Notes: generated from the letters alone by a model not told the origin. A stretch of DNA of 64,000 nucleotides from Chiloscyllium plagiosum (GCF_004010195.1 NC_057749.1:26210591-26274590), one strand, 5' to 3'. Counted from the first letter of the stretch, positions 11,396 through 24,941 are shown. Numbers and translations: made by a program.

Positions 11396-13479
11396 TGTAT
11401 ATGAATTCTGTCTGTATTAGTTACTCTTTCTAGCCACACGTTCATAATAGTGTTACTTAGACCATAAAATTTAGGAGCAGAGTTGGGCCATTCAGCCCAT
11501 CGAGTCTGCTCCACCATTTGATCTTGGCTTGCCGATAGTTTTTCATTGCTCAAATAACACTTATAAAAACATATGATAGAAATACCTTCCAAATAACTCA
11601 CCAATTATTACTTCACTTCAATAGAAGACACTTATCAGTGGCCTATTGTTATCAGCACCAGACAATACGTTCAAAAACTCAGCAAATATTCCAAGGTCAT
11701 CGTTCAAATCCTGCGATGGCAGATAGTGGGATTTGGGTTCAATAATTTCAACTGGAATTAGGGGGTGTAATGATGATCATGACCATTGACGATTCTTGGG
11801 GAAATATCCACCTGCTTCACTTGTCCCCTTCAGAGAAGGAAATCAGCCTTTCTTACCTCGTCTGGCCTACAAACGCACAGCAATGTAGGCGTCTCTTAAC
11901 TGTCCTCTGGGTAATTAGGCCAGTTTTGATTGCTTATCCCTAATCAGAGGTGCCCACATCCTGTGAACGAATGAAAAAAAAACACTAGTCTTGAATGTTT
12001 ATTTCAAATATGTCCAACCTTAGTGTGGATGGGAGATCTGAAATTCATTTTGGAATGTCTGTTTTTTTAATTCCATCCCTTGAGAAGTAAATTCTAAATG
12101 GTTGCAGTTAAAAACTCTGATAAAGGCATAACATGGGGCTCCAAATTAGTGTTAGATTCAATTCTCTTGAACTGTCATGTTTCAGTGACACTTGGCGAGA
12201 TACTAAAAGGATGCATTTATCCACGGAACCACCAGGAGGTGAAGATAGATGTTAAGCTGGAACATTGCCTTTTTGTCCTGAGGTCATAAAACATGCGAAA
12301 TGGGTTCCATTTGAACAGCTACTGTGATGCAGAAATACTGTAAACACTTCATCATGCAATGACTTCAGGTGAAAACTCTCACATTTATTTTCTTTGTTTT
12401 GAATTCATTTATCATTTATAACTGTCTTGATTACATTGCCCCTTAACCTTCTAAAGGGGATATAAACCACATTTCTTCAATGTATCCTCAGCATCTTTAT
12501 GTGAATCTGCACTGCGCCTTGCCCTATGCTGTTGTATACTTTTGAATTGCAGTTCTCAAAATTAAATGCAACATTCCAGATGAGATTTGAATAAAACTGT
12601 GCCAAAATGAAGTATAATTTTCTTGCACTTTACTAAACTCCTTGCAGATAAAAGCCAGTATCCCATTTGCCCTTTGAAATCAATTTTTTGGCTTTTTGGG
12701 AGACTGGAATTACTCCCTCATTCGGCTAGGAGAGTACAAAAGCTTGAAGATCTGGAGAACTGGACTGCAGGTCTAACTGAAGGAGTTGGGAGCACAGGAA
12801 CAAGGGGAATACAAAGCACTGGCACCACAGTTTAGCATCTAAAGGATGGGAAAATAGGCTAGGATGTGTTTAGTTACATCAGGTGATGACCGAGGAAGAA
12901 TAGCTTGCAACAGTATATGACAGCACCAATCCCAACTGTAGACCCAAATCCCTGAGGTGATAGCAAACTGTCAGCTGTCAGTCAAAACTGAGAGACAGCT
13001 AGAATAATAATGGAGGTGCAGGACCATTAGCTGCTGTCAGAATTTCCCAAGCTTTTTGCCTTCATAATTTCTATCATGGAGATTCGCAGGGGTTACATAG
13101 GATTTAAGATCAGGGCTGGGTCATTCAACCCTTTGAGATTACTCCACCATTCAAATAAGGTCAACACTGATCTGGATGGGGTCTCAACTCCACTTTCTAC
13201 ACCCCATCACCCTCCACTCCCTTTGTCCCTCAAAATTCTAACTTAGCTTTGAATAAATTTAATGATGCAGACTCCACCAACTTTTAGGGAAGATAAAGAC
13301 CCTCAGAGAAAATAATCTCATCACTGTCTTAGAAGGGAAATCTATCATTCTTAAACCATGGCCCCTAGTTTGTATCTCCCCACAAGTGAAAACATCCTCC
13401 AGGTATTCACCTTATCCAGTTCCCTAAGATCCTGTATGTTGACAAGATCACCTCTCATTCTTCGGCCTCTTCCATTGTC

Positions 13480-14160
13480 AAACCCTAACCACCTGATGCC
13501 TGGAGGAAGAACGCCTCATCTTCCGCTTTGGGACCCTCCAAAAACACAGGATCAATGTGGATTTCACCAGTTTCCTCATTTCTCCTCCCCCACCTTATCC
13601 CAGCTTCAACCTTCCAACTCTGCACCGGCCTCATGACCTGTCCATTTCCCTTCCCACCTATCTGCTCTGCCATCCTCTCTGACCTATCACCATTACCCAC
13701 ACCTTCATCTACCTATTGCACTGTCAGCTACCTTCCACCCCCAGTCTCACCACCCTTCCTTTTATCTCTCTAGTGAGGAGAAAGTGAGGACTGCATATGC
13801 TGGAGATCAGAGCTGAAAATGTGTTGCTGGAAAAGCGCAGCAGGTCAGGCAGCATCCAAGGAGCAGGAGAATCGACGTTTCGGGCATGAACCCTTCTTCA
13901 GGAATTCCTGATTCCTGAAGAAGGGCTCATGCCCAAAACGTCGATTCTCCTGATCCTTGGATGCTGCCTGACTTGCTGCGCTTTGCCAGCAACACATTTT
14001 CAGCTCTTTTATCTCTCTAGTCCCTTGGCTCACAACCTCATTCCCAATGTAGGGCTTAAGCCCGAAACGTCGATTCCCCTGCCCCTCGGTTGCTGCCTGA
14101 CCTGCTGAGATTTTCCAGCACCACACTCTCAACTCTGACCTCCAGTCCTCACTTTCTCCC
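13480..14160 (+). mobile_element. Penelope-like element 3' fragment with decayed hammerhead (~14044-14073), host of a nested insertion
   Basis: LEEERLIFRFGTLQ..INVDFTSFLIS; terminal module GGGCTTAAGCCCGAAACGTCGA...CTCACTTTCTCC. Confidence 0.75.
13775..14006. mobile_element. Palindromic double-hammerhead mini-element with 15-16 bp target-site duplication
   Basis: Inverted arms ~13809-13904 / ~13912-14007; TSD (C)TTTTATCTCTCTAGT at 13760-13774 and 14007-14021; minus-arm core intact (13874-13901), plus-arm GAAA mutated to AAAA. Confidence 0.85.
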
Positions 14161-15002
14161 ATATATATAGGTCTAACTTGTCCAAACAGCCTCTTAGGAT
14201 AATCCCCTCAGGAGTGACTTAAGTGAATCATCCCTGATCTACACCTGAAGCGATTACATACATCTACATTTTTGATCTCCTTATTTAAAAAAGAGTTATT
14301 TAGATGTAATCTCACATGTTCCATACAGTTTCAGTAAACCACCCTTACTTTTATAATCCATTCAGTGTGGAAAACGTCAACATTCTATTTCGCTTCCTAC
14401 TCACTTGCTGTGTACGCGTACTAACTTTGTGATTCATGTACCAGGACACCCAGATCCAGTGATCCATCTGCACCACTGAATTATGCAATCCTCATTTATA
14501 CAGTATACTCTTCATTTAATCTTCCTGCTAAACTGGACAAAGATTCATATTTTCCCATGACATATTCCATCTATCAAATCTTTGCCAAATCACTTAATTG
14601 GTCTACACCTTCTAAAAACTCTACTTTTTTCCTCTCTACTACTCACTTGGATGTCTTTGGCAAACTTAACTCCTTTGCATCTGATCCCTCATCCAATTTA
14701 TTGATATAGATTGTAAATAGTTGAGAACACAGCACTGATTTCCGTGGCACTTCCTGATTTAAAGCTTTCAATCCACCACAACCCAACTCACCCCAAAAGG
14801 AATAATTTATCGCTACTCTCTTGATTTGTTAGCTAGTAAATCCATCTCTATGTTAATAAGTTACCTTTCGTAGCACGTAATCTTTTGCAGCAAACTTTGA
14901 TACGGCACCTAATCATGTGCATTTTGGAAATCTAAAGATATAACATCTATCAGCTCTCTTCCATCAACCATGAATATTATGGTCAAAAAACTTTATTATA
15001 CT

Positions 15003-16270
15003 TTTTTATTCACTCATCGAACATGAGCATTGCTGACAGGGTATTTATTGAGGAGAAAGCGAGGTCTGCAGATGCTGGAGATCAAAGATGGAAATGTGTT
15101 GCTGGAAAAGCGCAGCAGGTCAGGCAGCATCTAGGGAACAGGAGAATCGACGTTTCGGGCATTAGCCCTTCTTCAGGGTATTTATTGCCCATTCCTGGTT
15201 GCTCCAGAGTAGGTTGAACCAAGTTGCCTTCTTGAACAACTGGAGTCCATGTGCTGCTGGTAGAGCCACAATGTTGTTAGAGGGAATTACAGAATTCTGA
15301 CCCAATAACAATGAACAGACAGCATGGCAAGTGGCTTAAAGGGGAACGTATAGATAGTGCTCTGTATCTGCTGCCCTTGTCCTTGAAGATGTGATTGTTT
15401 GTGGATTTGGAAGGTGCTACCTAAAAATTTGCAATGCATCTTGTAGATTAAGAGCAACATTATGTACTGACCAGCAGTTGTGGAGGGAATGGACACTTAT
15501 GGATGTGGTGCCAATTAAGCAGACAGGTCTTGGATGGTGTCAAGTTTCTGAAAAGCTGTTAGAGATGCACTGACCTGGAGTGAAGTCCATCCGACTCCTG
15601 CTCTATGCTTTGTAGATGATGGACAGCCTTTGGGGAGTCAGGTGTTAAGTTATTCACGGAAGTATTCCTAGTCTGTGACCTGCTGTAATAGCCACTATAT
15701 TTATATGTCAAGTTTCTAGTCAAGGGCAACCCCAAGGATGTCGAGTGGGGGGCTTCAGTGATGGCAATGCCATTGAATGTCAAGGGTCAGCTTTAAACTG
15801 TCTCTTAAATGTACTTGCCATCCATCAGCCCAAGCCTAGATACTGTACAGGTCTTGTTGCATTTAAATGTGGACTGCTTCATTATGAGGAGTTGTGAATG
15901 GTGCTGTACATGGTGTAATTATTGGCAAACATCCCCACTTCTGACCTTATGATTGACTTTCCCTTCAATGAGGAAGCTGCCAAAGATAGTTAGGGCTGAG
16001 CACAGGAAACTATCCGGAGGAACCCCTGCAGAGATGCCCTGGAGCTCTAATCTAATCTAACAACCAGAGCCATCCTCTGATGTGCCAAATATTACTAACC
16101 AGCATATAGTTTTCACCGATTCCAGTTTTACAAGGCCAAAACTGATGTCAAGGGCAGAACCCAAACTGGCATCAGTGAACAGGCCAGTACCAAGCAGGTG
16201 CTGCTTGATAGCACTGTTGATAAAATCTTCCTTCACTTTGATGAGAGTAGACTGATGAGATGGCAATTGG
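15003..16270 (-). mobile_element. Degenerate non-LTR retrotransposon (RT and 3' end), clade uncertain
   Basis: Minus ORF TFNGIAITEAP.. resembles a post-RT LINE ORF2 segment; many stops and frameshifts. Confidence 0.55.
15051..15176 (-). mobile_element. Solo ~125-bp hammerhead-bearing PLE terminal module with 14-bp TSD
   Basis: TSD CAGGGTATTTATTG at 15037-15050 and 15174-15187; minus strand CTGAAGA-a-GGGC-taat-GCCC-GAAA-C-GTC at 15176-15149. Confidence 0.85.
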
Positions 16271-16833
16271 CTGATCAGTTAAACATGATTCCCCTTTCAC
16301 AAAACCATGATTATAATTTTCTAATTATTTTGCTTTAGCTTTATTAAAATAAGGATTCCAGCACTGTACCAATCATGTAACTTGGGCAAACTGGCCTATA
16401 CTTAACTGCTTTTCTCCTCCTTTCTTGAATAAAGCTGTTCCATTTAACACAATATTTAAACTCATGCCACTAAATTGCATCTAATTTGAGTTGTGGGTTT
16501 GTCTGAAGAGACTGTCATCAACAATGAGGGCATAGCCATTTCTAAATATCCAGGCCCTCAATTCAACCAGGACAATCCCAGATTAGGAAAAATTGGCCAA
16601 AATGTTTTGGGTTTTGAGGACTGGCATGTGGAAATTTCTACTGTAGAAGGTAAAGCCTCAGCATCTGCAAAAGTCCACTTAAACAGGGTAGGAAGTTAGC
16701 TAATGGGGAGCATGAATTTAGTCATGAGTAGTCAGAGGTAAACAGAGCTCATTTTAAGTCAAATAAAATTCTGAAAACTGGAAATCCTACATTCAGAACA
16801 ACTTGACAAAGTTTCTTACCTTTGCCCTCCAAT

Positions 16834-17060
16834 TACAGGGCATCTCATGTATCCATGGGTCCTGTTTCCACAGTTTCAGTAACCTGCGATTTACCGTGGC
16901 TGGAACATATAGGGAACAGCCCGGAACCAGGGAGCAGGAGGCTGCTGGGAAGGTATGTTTCCATTTAAATGAATGGGTTCACTCCTATTCGCGAATTCTG
17001 GACTTCTGCTTAAGTCCTGGAACATATTCCCTGCAGATGGGGAGGGGGAAGATTACTGTA
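16834..17060. mobile_element. Possible Tc1/mariner (Tigger-like) MITE remnant
   Basis: TA-CAG...CTG-TA ends; internal GTTTCAGTAACCTGCG resembles Tigger-derived MITE sequence; TIRs poorly matched. Confidence 0.3.
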
Positions 17061-17399
17061 CCCTTTTTCTAATCTCTGATAAATAACCCGGTCCTGTTTT
17101 TTTTTCCCCCCCAAGCTAACTGAATACATTTCCACTTTCAAAAGAGTCTGGGTTTAAGCAGCATGGAATGAATTGTTCAGAGCAGCTTATTTTGCTGTTG
17201 ACTGTAATCATTCCTAGAAATGACAGCACGCAATAGCAGCCAGTTTAGACAGAGAGTTTCCAATTATCAGCAGTGGACATGGGAACAAACATCGAGGAGC
17301 TTGAGTTCTAGATCTTGAGTCAATCTAGAGGAACTTGGACACAGGGGTAAAATAGCTGGAGTGTGATTTGACAATGAAATAGGTCATGTTACCAGAGAC

Positions 17400-17745
17400 T
17401 CATACATTTCTATCTCTCCCACAACCTTCCTCACTCCTCCATGGTATCGCTCACTAGCCAAATTGTTCCATTATAACTGCAACACCTTAATTCTTGCCCC
17501 ACCGCCCACTCTAAATCATCAGTAAATTGATCAAAAGTGTCAGTGTTTTCATCAGTATTCAGAAGTGAATATTCATTGAAGAATAAGATGCAGTTGAGAG
17601 ATTCCTGAACTAGCTGCCTACGTGTCTCTTCCTGCTGTGCTGCTGCACTTGACAACACTTCCAGCTTATATGGTTATTCAGGTCACAGGAAATGGGCTGG
17701 AGATCCCACATGGAACAGGATGTGCACAGCAGGGCTCAGAGTTGC
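17400..17745 (-). mobile_element. CR1 ORF1 remnant
   Basis: Minus CTSCSMWDL..KC zinc-finger start and RRQLVQESLNCILFFNEYSLL, similar to CASCQMWE / GRQLVQELCVAIPISNRYAVL in the CR1 at 60954+. Confidence 0.55.
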
Positions 17746-19134
17746 TCTATCATTGTTGTAACACAAGAAATTTATATTTAATAAAATGAACACCTTAACT
17801 TTTAATATACGTTTTCTAAAAAATTGCTTTGCTCCTTAGAGTAAATTGCTAACTTTGGAGAAAGAGAAGCAAAGCCCCAATACTCTCCAAACAAGTAACT
17901 TTGAGTTATTTCTTTTTCACTTTGTTGATCCCAGTGTGACTTGTTTCATACTCAAGTTCTCTTTACATTTGACTTTTATTACTCTACATTTTTTGGTTTA
18001 TATTTCAGTTTATATATCACAAAACCCAGTTTGCTACACCCCAAGATTGATTCTTGGGCAGAAAAAGTAGAGCCAGTGAATTCCAAAACCAAACTAAGAA
18101 TCTCTTACTGGTTTCCTTCGGCCTTCACAAGATACGGCCACTGCTCACCACAGTAATATCGAAAAACTGCCTGGTTACCTTATGCAATGCCTTTCTGATC
18201 CATTCTCAAAGGCAGTACAGCACATTTAAATACGATGTCCTCATTTTAGCAGTTGACTAGTTTCATGCAAATAACCTAATTTTCAATGTCATTGTTAAAC
18301 ACAGTAGGTCAACTGATTTTCACAGATCAAGACATGAATCAGACAAGTAACCAGTGAATTTGTTTTTTGCGATTTTGATCGAGGGATAAATATTGACCAG
18401 ACCAGTGAGGAGAATTCCCAGACTCTCCCTTGAAATAGTCCCTTGGGATCATTTACATTCAGAGGACAGATGTGTCCTTGATTCGGCATACCATCTGACG
18501 GACATCTCAAACGATGCTGAAATCTAGATTATACCAAATCCCTGAAGTGGGGAATGAATGCACAACCTTCTATTTCAGAAGCGAATGCTGCCAATGGAAT
18601 AAGGAGGAAAGGTGGCTCAAAACAGCCAATCGCTATTTTCTGGTTTATAAACACAAACATTTCTAGATTAGATACAGGGGAAGTACACTGAACAAATTAC
18701 TTGACCACAGCATTTCTTTCCCTGCATGTGTCAAGAATAAAACTCAGAAGATTAAATTCTACTATTGGCTGAAGATATTTAAATGATACTTTCAGGAAAT
18801 TGTGGCTACTTCAGGCCAAAACCAATCGTTACACTGCATACTGGGGACATTAGGGTTTAATCGAAATATCAGTGTCCAGACTGGCTGGTTATCAAAGATC
18901 ATTCCCTGAAGATCCCTTCCCAATCTCTTCAAGAGGCAGCACCACACAATTAAATGCAATGTCCTCATTTCAACCCTTGACAAATGTCATTCAAATAACC
19001 CAGTTTTCAATGTCATTGTTTATTTTTAAAAATCAGTGGTCAACATACTGTACATGGAGTTAGATTAATGATTATAATAACCACAGGTAAATGTGCAATC
19101 TCATGCATTTACACACCCAAAATTACTTTGGAAA

Positions 19135-20213
19135 GGAAGTCACAACATTAAAACTTTATTAGTGTCCAAACAAAACGCAGGGTGAATTTCAGAACAGTAC
19201 TTTGAAAGGAAAAAAGGAGATGGTTAATAAATTACTTGTTCAAGCTTGCATAGGACACTACCATGCAATGATTGTGCTAGAATGTAACACCAAGAATAGG
19301 GCTCATGAAATGGCAGTGGAAGAGAGATATATATTTTTGCCTAACTTTCTATCAAATCAGTGCAATAGGATTATACATCATTTCTTTATATGCTTCTGAT
19401 TTGCCGGACACTAATATTTGCAATATATACAAATTCAAATCAAATGTCATGTGACTGACAGTTATTTAGCAAGTGTTCGGTACAGAATGAAAGGAATCAT
19501 GGAGTTAGGGAGCGCCACATGATGAATAATGTATGAATGAACACACAGGAAATAATAAACACTGCATGCATTCACATAAACAGAATCGCAGGAAGTGAAA
19601 GGAGTGGCGAAGGGGGTGGGGGAAGACATTCAAGCATCAATAAATATCATATCAAGCGCCCAAAGTACACTATCAATTTGAAATAATCAGAAATAAATTT
19701 GCAAAGCAATCTTCTTAATACTTTATTCTTCAGAAGAGATTGAATAAGGCAAAACATGCTTCACACAGCCATCTTATTCCTGCTGAGACAGCAGGAAGTT
19801 CAAAACCCATCCATTCAGACCAACAATCTCCAGAGTCCTTGACTGATAGCCATGGTATTTGATAATGACCTTCAGAAATTCAAAGTTCTGTAAAAATGCA
19901 TAAATAAACGAATTACTCCTTTGAATGCTCAGCAAACAATGACTTTATGTACAAAAACTGACTGGTTTAAGATATTTAAAACCTCAAAGTAATTGACAGC
20001 ATAAGTAAGCAGTCTCATCAGGGCAAGACTGACCGTAAGCCACTAACTGCCTTGTCTGACCAGCATCAATACTTTGTAAATTTAAGAACTGGCAGTGGAG
20101 GAGTAACAGCACAGTTTACAGGAAACACTATTGTAATAAGTAGCACTTAGGGCAGGTGATAAGGCTTGGTGCAAAAACTGATTACCTAATGTTTCAATTG
20201 TGACTGCTGACTC
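19135..20213 (-). other. NPTN: Probable terminal non-coding (3'UTR) exon of NPTN
   Basis: The donor 14 nt after the stop codon requires a downstream exon; candidate acceptor TTCCTGCAG|G at 20214; AATAAA (minus) at 19160-19155 and 19727-19722; repeat-free AT-rich tract. Boundaries uncertain. Confidence 0.45.
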
Positions 20214-21635
20214 CTGCAGGAACTACTCAGATTTAGTAATTAACTGTCCAAATAAGGTACAAACAGAGACGAACATTGCTGCAAGAATTGCTCTTCTGTT
20301 AATGTTGCATTGTATCACGAAGCAATGGTCTCAAGAATGCTATATTTCAGAAAGAAATGTAAGTAGCGGGGCAGAAAGCACTCACCCCCAAGAGGCAAAT
20401 ACAGATTCCTTTTACCACCAGCCGTATTTAGCAATGCAATAAATATGGGCATTCACATTCATATTAACAGTCAAAAACTAAAATAGGCACTGTTTTGATC
20501 AGTGATCAAAAAAATCAGGGCTCAGATAACTACTGTAAAGTGATGCTTAGTAAAGGCATTGCCTCCAACACATATCTTGATAATTTCAATGTTCACAACC
20601 CACCAGTACCTTTGTACAGAAGTACAACTGGCAGTTGTGATCTCACTCCTTTTAATTCAATAAACTCTACCTTATTACTTACAGAAGAGCCCCAAAACCA
20701 GAGAAGCATGGTCATTGATTAAATCAATGGTTTGGGTTATGCCTCTGTCCAAAGGGAGAACAACAAAGGCTCAAAGAAATTAGACAGGTTATTCAGGAAG
20801 GATCATGATGCAGCGAGGAATCTTGCAGACAGGAATCAATATGAAGATATCAGTCAAAGAATAATACCCTGGAAACTAGAATTCAACAGACTACAGATTG
20901 GCAAACAGTTCTCATGGCAAAGGTACACACAGCAACCAGTCATCAAAATTGTTTACCCTTAAGTAATTTGATCTACTAAGTCCAACTGAATAACAGCTTT
21001 AAAAATTCACAATGATGCAATTCTGTGTCACAAACAAAACATTATCTGTGGATTTCAAGTGGCTACAGTAAAATTATGAAATGAGTTCATTATGAAATCA
21101 ACCAATTCTGAAAGAGGTCAAGAGAAATTGAGGTTTAGAGTCTTGGACCTCATGATTTAATCAGAAGTACAAGAGAAATCTGTAGCTTGTGAAAACCTCT
21201 CTCTGTCACTTTTCAATTAAGAGTCTGTTCTCATTCCATACTTTCAATTCCGGAATTCTGAAATATTGATTTGCCCCTTCTTTCATTTTCCGTGTGCTCC
21301 CATGGTTGCCTCACCAGTCAAAACAGTTCTACACAGTGGAATGTAAAGATTTAAAATAGTCATGTAGTAAGCTGCAGAAATTGCTAAAGCAGCTCAGCAG
21401 GTCTCACAGCATCTATGAACAGATAACACACTGAGTCTAGTGACCTTTCTAGAAACATTAACTTCCTGCTCCAGAGAGAGTTAATCCTTTTTTTAAAAAA
21501 AAAGTGACTGGAAAGCAAAGATAAAGTGTACAATTTGCTCTCTGAAATATTAAACCCAACAAATGTCAAATAATGTCAGATACAAGATCAAAGAAAAATT
21601 CACGTGACAGAAGGAGCATACCTGATAACCAAGGA

Positions 21636-21696
21636 TTAGTTGGTGTTTCTCTGACGCAGGTTCTTGTCTTTATGATTGTTTGTAGAATTGGTTTTC
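21636..21696 (-). CDS. NPTN: Neuroplastin last coding exon ((M)KTNSTNNHKDKNLRQRNTN*); exon continues as UTR to 21622
   Basis: Matches the human NPTN C-terminus as recalled; acceptor ACAG|G at 21697, TAA at 21638-21636, donor CAG|GTATGC at 21621. Confidence 0.95.
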
Positions 21697-24617
21697 CTGT
21701 TCGAAATTACATAAAAGTTAACAGCTATTTACTGTACTCATTATATTTAGCACAGATTACAGTCTTTGCTGGAGATGATGCAATGTAGGGTGACAGCAAG
21801 ATAGTGGTAAAGTTGCTAATCCAGAATTCCAGGCAAATATTCTGGGGTGATGAGATTTTAATTCATTAAAAATCTAAAATAAACTAAAGCTGGCCTAATG
21901 ACAACCATCTAGCCACTGTTTGTTTTTATGGCAATAAACAATCTGGTTGACTAATGTCTGGCATCTGCTATCCTTACCTGGTCTGGCCTACATGCCACTT
22001 AAGATCCACAGCAATGAGGTTGACTCTAGCCCTCTGAATAATTAGTAATGGACAATAAATGATAATGCAGTCAGTGACATCCACATTCATGAATGATACT
22101 TAAAAAGCTATTTTTAAATTCAAAGACTTGTTTACTTTCAGATCTTTAAGTCCGTTGTTCAAAACTCAAATGTTCTTGTGCATTTTGAGGGAAAAAAAAA
22201 TCAGCTGAAAGTACAGATGGGAATGAAGATGAAGCAAGGACATTTTATTGTTACTGGATGATTGGATTTGGACAAGTCTGCATTCAACCACTCTTCCACA
22301 CATCAGGAGGTCAGAGTTACAATAAGTTACTAGATGCACCAAACTTATGTTATCTGTAATCAAAATTTGCTATAGTGAAATTTTCTTTTTTAAAAGAAGT
22401 GCCAATCACTTGCAGTGTCCAGGTAATGCTTTCTTAAAACTAACAGTAACTTGTAAATCTGAAATTGGTTTAGATTTTGTGATGAAATTTAAAAAAATAA
22501 TTCAGTTTCACTTATTGAACTTGAACAAAGACATAGCGTGTGAAGCGCATGTTTATGGATTTGACAGCTCGAGTTTATTTTTAAAGAAGCTGAACTAAAG
22601 CTTGTCGCGTCAGCCTGGACTTCCAATGCTGTGCGTTTATGAAGGGGCACATCGGCTGGTTGGACTGCTGGTTTTGCAATGCAGAGTGATGCCAGCAGCG
22701 TGGGTTCAGTTCCCATATGAGTTAGAGTCACCATGAGGGTGGCACTGTCTTGACCTCACCTACCACCTAGGTTGTGGATCACAGGGTCAACTCACACCAG
22801 TTCTCGCTGATGAGACAGCAGCTGGACTATGGTGACTTTCACCCTGCTATGCTTTGACCCACAAATGCCCAGTTGCTTCTCTCCTATCAACCCCTCAAAA
22901 AGAGAGCAGCACCTCATTTTTAGTCCAGAATAAGAAAGTAGCCCCCCAATCAGCATTCTTGATTAGCAACTTCACCTATTCCACAAGCATCGTGGATAGC
23001 AAAATATTTCATGATATAAGTTAGTAACAATTTAAAAATTAACAGCCTAAATTCCAACATTTTCATATTCAATAATTTCAGGTGATGGATGATCAAGTAT
23101 TGCTGAACTTTGAACTGGTCAGTTCATGCTAATGATCAGCATAAGATTTACTATTTTCCCCTCCACAACTGAAGTAGTGGACAATTTGTGGCCAGGTTGT
23201 TATTGCTCGGATTGCTGCAGCCCAGGGAAAACCTGGGCTCAAATCTTCCACCTACCTTGTTCCACCATCAGTTCAATGCTTGGCCTCACTCCACATCTTA
23301 CTAGTGCAGTTTCTTAAGATCTAGCCTACGTTTTTTTTTTAAAATAATGAATTCAAGAACAGACTTGAAAGAACATTAGATTGGTTTCAACAACAAAGCT
23401 AATCCAACAATCCTTCCCAATATAGAGTGACCAAAACTGCTTACCAACAACCTATCGTGTAAAAGTATGGTGGTTGACTGGAGTGACCAATAAGAAACAA
23501 AGAATTACAATGACGTAGTGACTAGACTACAGCAGTGCTTCAAGTGCATTGTCAGGTTTTGATGAAGAGCTACTGAACGCAATGCAAACAGAGTTTATTT
23601 TTCAATTTATATACAAAAGTGGAGAACAGACCAGGCTTGGAATGTGCTTTTATTGTTTAAGACATTTTAAAAAAAATCAATTCTAGTAAGAAACATTTGT
23701 TGCCTATTTGCTGATTAGACGTTCAGCAATTTTCTAGAAAAAGGAAATCCTACGAATGTACAAGGCCAGTCATGTTAATAGAAAACTTTTATAGAATAAT
23801 GCAAGACTGAACCAACGTATACCATAAAGATAACATCTAAAGCATGCTGCAGAAAAACGTGAAGATTGAAAAAGCTTAGACAAAGATGCACATGACAAAA
23901 ACAGTAACAGCAAACTATTTCTCAATAGCAGCAAATACAAAACTGAAGTAGTATGGTATGCATGTTCTATTATAAAATCTGTAAAAATACTACACTGGGG
24001 ATCATGAGAATGTTGATCAAAGTTTTGCTGAGGCCAGCATAAAAACAGTCAAGATGATAGGCTTACAAACTCCTGAAGGAGTCCCCAGTGTGCAAGTTAC
24101 TTGGTAATCTGCATCGCATGCCTTGCATCTAAGCGGTTGGGTTTTTAAATATAATTGACATGAGAATGAGTTAGCCAGGCATCTTTTAGCCTTTTTTTTT
24201 TATATTGCTTGAGAGTTGGGGGTGGGGTTGGTTGGGGAGGATGCCCGTTACTTCAGTTGGCTGGTTTGCGATAGTGTGATCCAACAGGGTTGGTTCCAAC
24301 TCATGCACAGGCTCAGCTTATTTTGAAGCCCTCTTTTTCTCAATCTTTTCCCTCACTGGACAGGTGGTGACACTCAGGTTAAACAACCAATCATCTCTCT
24401 CTACACTGAGAGGACAGCCCTATGGTACGAAGGACCAGGATGACTTTACTAGAGTTAAAAAGACCCGACAATTTCACAAGTTCTCTTACTGATCACATGA
24501 AAACGTGCAACAAACAAACTACAAAAGCAAGTGTGATAAAAGCACAGCTTAAGCATAATCTTGGCCAGGCAGTTTGGGTTTAAATTCCAACTCAGACTAA
24601 GAAGTGAACAATGTATC

Positions 24618-24941
24618 ATTAGATTAGATTAGATTAGATTACTTACAGTATGGAAACAGGCCCTTCAGCCCAACAAGTCCACACCGCCCTGCCGAAGCGC
24701 AACCCACCCATACCCCTACATTTACCCCTTACCTAACACTACGGGCAATTTAGTATGACCAATTCACCTTACCTGCACATCTTTTGGACTGTGGGAGGAA
24801 ACCGGAGCACCCGGAGGAAACCCACACAGACACGGGGAGAACATGCAAACTCCACACAGTCAGTCGCCTGAGGCGGGAATTGAACCCGGGTCTCTGGCGC
24901 TGTGAGGCAGCAGTGCTAACCACTGTGCCACCGTGCCGCCC
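24618..24941 (-). mobile_element. HE1-like V-SINE (tRNA head, V-domain, CR1-derived tail), young full-length copy
   Basis: Minus: A box TGGCACAGTGG, B box GGTTCAATTCC, V-domain GTGTGGAGTTTGCATGTTCTCCCCGTGTCTG, (TCTAA)n tail. Confidence 0.9.

Larger units (their letters stand above)
13095..14960 (-). mobile_element. Degenerate CR1 LINE interrupted by a PLE at ~13480-14160
   Basis: Minus-strand CR1 3' and RT-like sequence on both sides of the PLE; heavily decayed. Confidence 0.55.

Noticed and set aside
17431..17658. 75-aa ORF as a host-gene exon
   Set aside because: Resembles decayed CR1 ORF1
24860..24941. tRNA gene (also ~56980-57061)
   Set aside because: A/B boxes belong to SINE heads followed by V-domain and LINE-derived tail
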